From: Candidatus Omnitrophota bacterium | GTDB lineage: Bacteria > Omnitrophota > Gorgyraeia > Zapsychrales > Fredricksoniimonadaceae | Direction: 5' to 3' | Assembly (NCBI GenBank): GCA_030650275.1 | Contig: JAUSEK010000019.1 | Coordinates: forward strand, 144 to 64,143 | DNA: 64,000 nt | In this document: positions 57,127-64,000 of the stretch, one piece after another | How the letters are laid out: every line of letters begins with the position of its first letter | Position numbering within the stretch: the first letter of the stretch is position 1 | Program-made: the position numbers and the translations under genes | The notes under the pieces: generated by a model | What the model saw: the letters and a program-made list of their open reading frames with translations, nothing else | Told to the model about the DNA's origin: nothing | Database searches by the model: none

Positions 57127-58335
57127 ATGATCAAACGTCGTCAAACACCTGTTGTAGTTGTCGGCCCGGTTCTTTTGGGCGCTGGCCAGCCGGTGCGCAT
57201 CCAGTCCATGACCGATACGCCCACCGCGGACGTTGAGGCCACGTTGGCCCAGACCAAGTCGCTCATTGAGGCCGGCTCTGAATTGGTGCGCTGGACCATC
57301 AATGACAATGACGCGGCCAAAGGAGCGGCCGAGGCCATACGCCGCCTGCGCAGTGAGGGCATCACCACACCCATCATCGGTGATTTTCATTTCAACGGCC
57401 ACACGCTTTTGAACAAACATCCCGAAACCGCCCGTTTGCTGGACAAATACCGCATCAATCCCGGCAATGTGGGTAAGGGCAAAATGCACGACGACAATTT
57501 CGCGCAGATCGTCAAGATCGCCGTGGATAACGGCAAGGCCGTGCGCATCGGCGTCAACTGGGGGTCCTTGGACCAGGAGCTTTTGACGGCAATGATGGAT
57601 GCCAATGCGCGTCTGGCTAACCCTAAGGATTTCCGCGATGTGACCATTGATGCCATGATCCAAAGCGCTTTGCGCTCGTCGGAATACGCCATTAAATTGG
57701 GTTTGCCCAAGGAAAAAATTGTCTTGAGCGTGAAAATGTCGGTTCTGCAGGACATGGTCGCGGCGTATCGCCGTCTGGCCGCATCCTGCGATCTTGCTTT
57801 GCATTTGGGATTGACCGAGGCCGGGGCTGATGTCAAAGGCGTGGCGTCGAGCGCCGCGGCCTTGTCCATTTTATTGCAGGAAGGCATCGGCGATACCATC
57901 CGCGTTTCCCTGACGCCCCAGCCCAATGTGCCGCGCGCCAAAGAAGTGGAAGTGTGCAAAGAGGTCTTGCAGGCCATGGGGTTTCGGCATTTTGCGCCGA
58001 GCGTCACCAGTTGTCCCGGATGCGGCAGGACGTCGAGCGATTATTTTCAGTATCTGGCCCGCGACATCAATGACCATATCAAATTGAAAATGCCGGCGTG
58101 GAAAAGCAGGTATCCGGGCATTGAGCAATTAAAGATCGCGGTGATGGGATGTGTTGTCAACGGTCCCGGCGAGAGCAGGCACGCGGATATCGGCATCAGT
58201 CTGCCCGGTACCTCCGAGACGCCCATCGCGCCCGTTTACGTGGATGGCAAAGAATCCGTGACGCTCAAAGGCGGGAGAATTAAGGAAGAGTTTATTGATA
58301 TTCTTGAGAATTACATCAAAAAGCGGTATGCGTAA
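57127..58335 (+). CDS. ispG: HMBPP synthase
   Basis: QSMT.T, GDFHFNGH, RINPGN, LHLGLTEAG, CPGCGR, MGCVVNGPGE. Confidence 0.96.
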   Translation: MIKRRQTPVVVVGPVLLGAGQPVRIQSMTDTPTADVEATLAQTKSLIEAGSELVRWTINDNDAAKGAAEAIRRLRSEGITTPIIGDFHFNGHTLLNKHPETARLLDKYRINPGNVGKGKMHDDNFAQIVKIAVDNGKAVRIGVNWGSLDQELLTAMMDANARLANPKDFRDVTIDAMIQSALRSSEYAIKLGLPKEKIVLSVKMSVLQDMVAAYRRLAASCDLALHLGLTEAGADVKGVASSAAALSILLQEGIGDTIRVSLTPQPNVPRAKEVEVCKEVLQAMGFRHFAPSVTSCPGCGRTSSDYFQYLARDINDHIKLKMPAWKSRYPGIEQLKIAVMGCVVNGPGESRHADIGISLPGTSETPIAPVYVDGKESVTLKGGRIKEEFIDILENYIKKRYA

Positions 58336-58336
58336 T

Positions 58337-58834
58337 ATGGAATCTTCCGACAAGAAGTCGCTGATGCAGCTTCACCCCAGAAGGGTTGACATTGTCCTTC
58401 TGATCCTCACTTCAGCCGTATTGCTTTATAAGGGTTTTCAACTCCCTGTCCTGACGGTAAGAAAGTTGTGGGAAAAGAACACCTTTTCGATCCTTTCAGG
58501 CATTGATAATCTTTGGGCGGAAGAGTATTATTTTCTGGCAGCTCTCATTTTTTTCTTTTCGGTTGCTTTTCCTGTTGTAAAATTATTTTTTCTTGCGGTG
58601 ATCTGGTTTGTGAAGTTAGGGAATGAGCTGAGAAGAAAAATGCTTTTTTGTCTGGAAGTTTTGGGCAGATGGTCGATGCTGGATGTTTTTATCGCCGCTG
58701 TTCTGGTCGTGACCGTCAAATTAGGCGCTTTGGCATCGGCCAATCTGGAAGACGGGATCTATTTTTTCGGAATGTCCATTTTGCTGGCCATGATCGCCAC
58801 TAATTTAGTGGATTATTTGGCGCGCCGCGTTTAA
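58337..58834 (+). CDS. Paraquat-inducible protein A (PqiA) family, single domain
   Basis: SI..GI..LW....Y.LA..IF.FSV.FP..K; GRWSMLDVF. Confidence 0.85.
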   Translation: MESSDKKSLMQLHPRRVDIVLLILTSAVLLYKGFQLPVLTVRKLWEKNTFSILSGIDNLWAEEYYFLAALIFFFSVAFPVVKLFFLAVIWFVKLGNELRRKMLFCLEVLGRWSMLDVFIAAVLVVTVKLGALASANLEDGIYFFGMSILLAMIATNLVDYLARRV

Positions 58835-59295
58835 TCATATTTTCTCCACGTCTTTGTCTTGCCGTCGTAAATCTCTTTCACACGTTGATCAGCGGGTAAT
58901 CCATCCTCCAGCGGCCAGGCCGTGACTTCCAGTTTATTCCCGTCAATATCGTAGAAATACAGTGACCAGCTTTTTTCGCGTTTTTTGGCGTATTCAATGG
59001 TGACGCCATGTTCTTCCAGACGCTTGATCATGGGTCCAAAATCGTCGGAGTGGACGCGGAACGAAAAATGATTGGCACCCAAGCCCTCATGAGCAAAAGG
59101 GTGCGCATCGTCAAGGTTCTTAGCTTGGATGATCCCCAGCAAGGAGGGGCCGCAGTCCAAAAAGTATTCAATCCCGGGTTTGGATGGTTCGCGCGCGGTG
59201 ATTTTTAAGCCGATCACCTTCGTGTAGAACTCAACCGACTTGTCTAAGTCGCGCACGTTCAAAGCCACGTGATCTATGCCCTGAATTCTGATCAT
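58831..59295 (-). CDS. VOC/glyoxalase family protein
   Basis: IDHVALNV.DL..S..FY..V.G; HFSF; YF.D.DGN.LE. Confidence 0.9.
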   Translation of the reverse strand: MIRIQGIDHVALNVRDLDKSVEFYTKVIGLKITAREPSKPGIEYFLDCGPSLLGIIQAKNLDDAHPFAHEGLGANHFSFRVHSDDFGPMIKRLEEHGVTIEYAKKREKSWSLYFYDIDGNKLEVTAWPLEDGLPADQRVKEIYDGKTKTWRKYD

Positions 59296-60095
59296 ATTTT
59301 GACTGTCCGTTCGATCTTACGCTGTTTGAAAATAAGATATTCGTTGTACCCGATGGACTTGGCCAGATCAACGGCCTTGTCAAAATCGCGGCCCACGTCC
59401 TTGGGGTCATGCGCGTCCGAGCCGAAGGTGAGCGGCACACCGGCTTCGTGATAAATTTTCAGGCAGGCGGGGGCAGGGTACATTTCCTTGACGGGTTTTC
59501 TTAGGCCCGAGGTGTTGATCTCAACAGCAACGCCGGTTTCCTTGAAGACCTTGGCCGTGGCTTTGACCTCGTCGGTCAGGTCCGCGGTCGGCCTGTAGCC
59601 GAATTTTTTGGGCAGATCGCAGTGGCCGATGATATTAAAGAAGCCGGTTTTGGCGCTTTGGCGCAACAGGGCGTAGTAATCACGGTAGATTTGGTTGATG
59701 TCCTTTGTTTTCCATTCTTCAACGGTGGCGGGGTCATCCACAGCCCAGCCGTTGATAAAGTGCACGGACCCGATGATATAGTCGTACGGATAGCCGTCAA
59801 TGATGGCCTTGGTCTTGGCTTCAAAGCCGGGGATAAAATCCGATTCCAGCGCCGTCTTGATGGTGATCCGGCCGGCGTACTTGGCACGTACTTCTTCGAT
59901 CATGCGATGGTAGAGGGGCAGTTCGTCGAGGTCCATGGTGATGCCCGGCATGGGCTCATGGACCATGGGCGCGTGGTCGGAAAAACCTATTTCCTTGAGG
60001 CCCGCCTTGAGCCCAAAGCCAACGTATTCTTCGGGACTGCCAACGGCATGCCCGCAAAGAGGGGTGTGCATGTGATAATCGGTCTGGGGCAACAT
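59292..60095 (-). CDS. HisJ-family histidinol-phosphatase (PHP)
   Basis: DYHMHT.LCGHA, FSDH, GSVH, EINTSG, GSDAH. Confidence 0.9.
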   Translation of the reverse strand: MLPQTDYHMHTPLCGHAVGSPEEYVGFGLKAGLKEIGFSDHAPMVHEPMPGITMDLDELPLYHRMIEEVRAKYAGRITIKTALESDFIPGFEAKTKAIIDGYPYDYIIGSVHFINGWAVDDPATVEEWKTKDINQIYRDYYALLRQSAKTGFFNIIGHCDLPKKFGYRPTADLTDEVKATAKVFKETGVAVEINTSGLRKPVKEMYPAPACLKIYHEAGVPLTFGSDAHDPKDVGRDFDKAVDLAKSIGYNEYLIFKQRKIERTVKI

Positions 60096-60171
60096 AAGCG
60101 TTGATTATAGCAGAGCTTTGCCAATTTACAATGGTAGACAGCGTCCGGCAGCTGTGTTATGATTGGCACTT

Positions 60172-60711
60172 ATGGATGAATTTTTCCGCAAAATGATCGA
60201 AAGCATCGGGGAAGACCCCAAGCGCGAAGGCCTGCTCAAGACGCCTCACCGCGCGGCGCGGGCTTTTGAATTCATGACCCAGGGGTACAAGACAGACGTC
60301 AAGGAGATCGTCAATAACGCGGTCTTCACGTCCGATAATGACGAAATGGTCATCGTCAAGGACATTGAAATGTATTCCCTGTGCGAGCACCATATGCTGC
60401 CGTTTTTCGGCCGGGCCCACATCGGTTATATTCCCAACGGCAAGATCATCGGTCTTTCCAAAATAGCCCGCATCGTGGACATGTATGCCCGGCGCCTGCA
60501 GGTGCAGGAAAATCTGACCAAGGAGATCGCGCAAACCCTGATGCACGTCACCGGCGCTTTGGGTGTCGGGGTCGTTATCGAGGCCCAACATTTGTGCATG
60601 ATGATGCGCGGGGTTGAAAAACAGAACTGCTGCATGAAAACATCCTGCATGCTGGGCGCGTTCCGTAAAGACGCTTCCACCCGCACGGAATTCTTGAGTT
60701 TAATCAAATGA
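60172..60711 (+). CDS. folE: GTP cyclohydrolase I
   Basis: GEDP.REGL..TP.R, SLCEHH, GLSK, RRLQVQE, H.CM.MRGV. Confidence 0.96.
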   Translation: MDEFFRKMIESIGEDPKREGLLKTPHRAARAFEFMTQGYKTDVKEIVNNAVFTSDNDEMVIVKDIEMYSLCEHHMLPFFGRAHIGYIPNGKIIGLSKIARIVDMYARRLQVQENLTKEIAQTLMHVTGALGVGVVIEAQHLCMMMRGVEKQNCCMKTSCMLGAFRKDASTRTEFLSLIK

Positions 60712-61424
60712 CATTCAAAGGCACGGCTCTGGTGACCGGCGCGGCCAAACGTTTGGGCGCGGCTGTTGCTTTGCATTTGGCAGGGCAGGGGCATCACGTC
60801 GCTTTGCATTATAACCGTTCCAAGACAGAGGCCATGAAAACAGCCCAGGCCATTTATAAAACAGGCGTGCGCTGTGAATTGTTCGCCTGCGACTTGTCCG
60901 ATGAAAAAGCCGTGTCGGGCCTTGTCGGCCAGGTCCACCGGTCCATGCCGAACTTAAATCTTTTGGTCAACAGCGCTTCCATGTTCATCCCCGGCCGTTT
61001 CGGGGGGGACATGGGTTTATTTAAAACGCACTGGGACATCAATTTTAAAGCGCCCTATATCCTGTCCTGCGCTTTTGTCCGGATGGTCAAAAAGGGGCAC
61101 ATCATCAATTTTATTGATACCAACGTGGCCAAGAACGTCACCCGTTATGAGGATTACCTTTTGACTAAAAAGACCTTGTATGCGTTCACCAAAATGGCCG
61201 CGGCCGCGTGGGGTCCGCATATCCGCGTTAACGGCATCTCTCCGGGCATGATTCTTTCGCCGGTGAATCACCCGTCGGATGACCGCGCCCGTCGCGCGAA
61301 AAAGATCCCGTTGCAGAGGGTCGGGCATCCCAAATACATCGTGCAGACCCTGCAATTCCTGCTGGACAACGATTATCTCACCGGCCAGATCATTGCCACG
61401 GACGGCGGAGAGGGGTTGGTTTAA
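60708..61424 (+). CDS. SDR oxidoreductase (pteridine reductase/FolM-like)
   Basis: [21 protein letters not shown]; between folE and folB. Confidence 0.8.
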   Translation: MTFKGTALVTGAAKRLGAAVALHLAGQGHHVALHYNRSKTEAMKTAQAIYKTGVRCELFACDLSDEKAVSGLVGQVHRSMPNLNLLVNSASMFIPGRFGGDMGLFKTHWDINFKAPYILSCAFVRMVKKGHIINFIDTNVAKNVTRYEDYLLTKKTLYAFTKMAAAAWGPHIRVNGISPGMILSPVNHPSDDRARRAKKIPLQRVGHPKYIVQTLQFLLDNDYLTGQIIATDGGEGLV

Positions 61425-61786
61425 TGATGGCTACCATACGCATCAACGATCTTCGCCTGCGCGCCTTCATCGGCACCCACCCTTGGGAACGCAGGAACAA
61501 ACAGGACCTCATCCTGAATTTGGCCATCTGCTACGATGCTTCCAAAGCGTCCAAGTCCGACCGCCTGAAGGATGCCCTGGATTACGAAGCCCTGACTGAA
61601 AGGGTGGGCCGCACGGTCCAGCGTTCCCGGCACTATCTATTAGAGAAGCTGGCGGCCAAGGTGCTGGACGTGGTGCTTGCGGCTGACCCCAGGGTCAGCG
61701 GCGCCTGGGTGCGTCTGGACAAGCCCCATGCCATCGGCGAAGCCCGTTCGGTGTCTTTTGAGCTTGCGCGCGCCTTGAAAAAATAA
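61424..61786 (+). CDS. folB: Dihydroneopterin aldolase
   Basis: I.I.DL.....IG...WER...Q, SD.L..ALDY, LLEKLA, KP.A. Confidence 0.9.
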   Translation: MMATIRINDLRLRAFIGTHPWERRNKQDLILNLAICYDASKASKSDRLKDALDYEALTERVGRTVQRSRHYLLEKLAAKVLDVVLAADPRVSGAWVRLDKPHAIGEARSVSFELARALKK

Positions 61787-61827
61787 ATTTTCCTTGCACC
61801 CGACACAGGCATTGGTAATATAGCCCT

Positions 61828-62565
61828 ATGTTCAAAGATCAGGTGGTTTTGGTGACCGGGTCCACCCGGGGCATCGGCAAAGAGATCGCCAAGGCCTTTG
61901 CCGGTCAGGGGGCGAGTGTCATTGTGATCGGCCGTGACGCCGGACAGGCGGGCCAGGCAGCTGCTGAAATCATTGCAAACGGCGGTTCGGCAGACGGTTA
62001 CGCGTGCGACGTAACGGATGGCAACAGCGTCCAAGAAACGGTCAATAAAATTCTTGACAAACATAAGCGCATTGATATATTAGTCAACAACGCCGGCATC
62101 ACGCGTGACAATCTGCTCTTGAGGATCGACGAGTCCGATTGGGACGAGGTCATCAGGGTCAATCTCAAGGGCGTTTTTAATGTCACCAAGGTGATTGCCA
62201 GGGCGATGCTCAAAGCCAAAAAGGGCAAGATCATCAGCATCGCATCGGTCATTGGAATTACGGGGAACGCGGGACAGGCCAATTACGCGGCGAGCAAGGC
62301 CGGCATCATCGGTTTTTCCAAGTCCGTCGCCAAAGAACTGGCGTCCCGGGGCATCACGGTCAACGTCGTGGCGCCCGGATACATCCTCACCGACATGACC
62401 GCCCGGCTTTCCCAGGCGGTCCAGGATGGTATCATGAAGGACATCCCCTTGCAGCATTTTGGCAGTCCCCGCGATGTGGCCGGCGTATGCATGTTTTTGG
62501 CCTCACCGGCGGCGGACTATATCACCGGCCAGACCATCGTCGTTGACGGCGGTTTGACGCTTTAA
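61828..62565 (+). CDS. fabG: 3-oxoacyl-ACP reductase
   Basis: TGSTRGIG, NNAGITRD, GNAGQANYAASKAG. Confidence 0.95.
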   Translation: MFKDQVVLVTGSTRGIGKEIAKAFAGQGASVIVIGRDAGQAGQAAAEIIANGGSADGYACDVTDGNSVQETVNKILDKHKRIDILVNNAGITRDNLLLRIDESDWDEVIRVNLKGVFNVTKVIARAMLKAKKGKIISIASVIGITGNAGQANYAASKAGIIGFSKSVAKELASRGITVNVVAPGYILTDMTARLSQAVQDGIMKDIPLQHFGSPRDVAGVCMFLASPAADYITGQTIVVDGGLTL

Positions 62566-62567
62566 GG

Positions 62568-62594
62568 GTAGGGGCGGGGTAACCCCGCCCGTAC
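62568..62594. repeat. GTAG-family REP palindrome variant
   Basis: GTAGGGGCGGGGTAACCCCGCCCGTAC followed by AGGA, as at 6569 and 30646. Confidence 0.85.
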
Positions 62595-62620
62595 AGGAGT
62601 AATAACAAGGAGGTTTCTCA

Positions 62621-62857
62621 ATGGCAGCACAAGACAAGATCAAATCGATCATTGCCGAACAATTGGGTGTCAAACCGGAAGAGGTCACTCCCGGCGCGTC
62701 GTTCGTGGACGATCTGGGGGCGGATTCTCTGGACACCGTTGAATTGATCATGGCCCTGGAAGAGGAATTCAACATTGAGATCCCCGATGAGGACGCTGAA
62801 AAGATGAAGACGGTGGGGGACGCGATCAAATACATTGAAGAAAAAGCCAGCGTTTAA
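62621..62857 (+). CDS. acpP: Acyl carrier protein
   Basis: [19 protein letters not shown]; AGGAGG RBS. Confidence 0.97.
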   Translation: MAAQDKIKSIIAEQLGVKPEEVTPGASFVDDLGADSLDTVELIMALEEEFNIEIPDEDAEKMKTVGDAIKYIEEKASV

Positions 62858-62886
62858 GTTTTGGTCCAGGCGTTCTTTGTTTCACC

Positions 62887-62919
62887 TTTGCCCCGGCTTT
62901 GAGGTCGGGGCAAAATTTT
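62887..62919 (+). terminator. Hairpin downstream of acpP
   Basis: TTTGCCCCGGC-TTTGAG-GTCGGGGCAAA then ATTTT. Confidence 0.55.
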
Positions 62920-62934
62920 AATAGGGGTTTTTGA

Positions 62935-64000
62935 ATGCATAAAAAACGTGTGGTCGTCACCGGCATGGGGGCGCTTAGCCCGGTCGGCAGCGGCACAGAA
63001 AAGTTTTGGAAAGCATTGGTCGCGGGCCAAAGCGGCATACGCCCCATCACGCATTTTGATGCCTCTGCTTTTGATTCGCGCATCAACGGCGATGTCATTG
63101 ACTATGACCCTTTGCAGCATTTTTCCACCAAGGATGCCCGTAATCTGTCACGGTTCATCCAGTTCGGTGTGGTCGCGGCCAATGAAGCCATGGCGCATTC
63201 CAAACTGGAGATCAAGAACATGGACCCTTACCGCGTCGGGGTCATCGTGGGCTCGGGCATCGGCAGCATGGCTTCCGCCGAGGAGGAGTATGAGAAATTT
63301 TTGGCCAAGGGCCCCGGCCGCATTACACCGTTCTTTATCCCCAAGATGATCATCAACGAGGCCGCGGGCCAGATCTCCATCAATTTAGGCGCCAGAGGCC
63401 ATTGTTCAGCGGTGGTCACCGCCTGCTCGACAGGCAATAATTGTATCGGCGATGCTTTTCGCATGATCCAGCACGGGGAAGCCGAGGCGATGATCGCCGG
63501 CGGCGCTGAAAGCGCCACGTCTGTTTTGGGTCTTGGCGGATTTTGCGCTCTGAAGGCCTTGTCCAAATGCAATGACGCGCCCCAGAAAGCAAGCCGGCCT
63601 TTTGATCTTAACCGCGACGGTTTTGTCATGGCCGAAGGCGCGGGGATCGTTATTTTGGAAGAATTGGGATTCGCGAAAAAACGGGGGGCCCGCATTTTGG
63701 CCGAGGTGGTTGGTTACGGCTCCACCGCCGACGCGTATCATATCACCGCGCCGCATGAAGAGGGGGAAGGGGCGGTGAAGTCCATGGAATTCGCGCTCAA
63801 GGACGCGGGATTGACCGTCCAGGACATTTCTTACATCAATGCCCACGGCACGTCAACGAAACTCAATGACCAGATCGAGACCCTGGCGATCAGGAAGGTC
63901 TTTAAGGACAGGGCCAAGAAAGTCCCCATTTCTTCAACCAAGTCCATGACCGGCCATTTGCTGGGCGCTGCCGGCGCCATTGAACTCATTGCCTGTATCA
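62935..64000 (+). CDS. fabF: Beta-ketoacyl-ACP synthase II, 3'-truncated by window edge
   Basis: [51 protein letters not shown]. Confidence 0.95.
   Translation, partial: MHKKRVVVTGMGALSPVGSGTEKFWKALVAGQSGIRPITHFDASAFDSRINGDVIDYDPLQHFSTKDARNLSRFIQFGVVAANEAMAHSKLEIKNMDPYRVGVIVGSGIGSMASAEEEYEKFLAKGPGRITPFFIPKMIINEAAGQISINLGARGHCSAVVTACSTGNNCIGDAFRMIQHGEAEAMIAGGAESATSVLGLGGFCALKALSKCNDAPQKASRPFDLNRDGFVMAEGAGIVILEELGFAKKRGARILAEVVGYGSTADAYHITAPHEEGEGAVKSMEFALKDAGLTVQDISYINAHGTSTKLNDQIETLAIRKVFKDRAKKVPISSTKSMTGHLLGAAGAIELIACI

Overview
This is a bacterial chromosomal window. It is moderately GC-rich, and its gene content suggests Candidatus Omnitrophota (inference only). Positions 1-9.2 kb hold envelope genes: a 5'-truncated giant beta-rich outer-membrane protein, a TPR/charged-helix protein, a YyaL-family protein and an AsmA-like protein. 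Positions 9.7-35.5 kb are housekeeping: ilvBN, a glutathione module (gshA-gshB-grx-bolA-grxD plus a disulfide reductase), dusB, htpX, mtaB, miaB, nadA, metXW, lhgO, nfu-rrf2-sufBCDSU and moaA. An AT-richer, integrase-free defence island runs from about 35.5 to 54.1 kb and begins inside the 3' end of moaA. It carries a CapRel-like toxSAS, type I R-M, a GmrSD-like nuclease, an unassigned SNF2 helicase + actin/Hsp70-fold ATPase pair, a MazG-like gene, ORF6N, an AbiEii-HTH pair and BRO. Its cassettes are separated by short, synonymously diverged fragments of 'anchor' genes (mazG-like, hicA-like 3' end three times, DUF167). Positions 54-64 kb are housekeeping again (murB, moaE, ispH, ispG, folE, folB, fabG-acpP-fabF). 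Several REP-like palindrome families are scattered through the window, some nested and three inserted in frame inside protein genes. No rRNA, tRNA, CRISPR array, integrase or transposase was seen.
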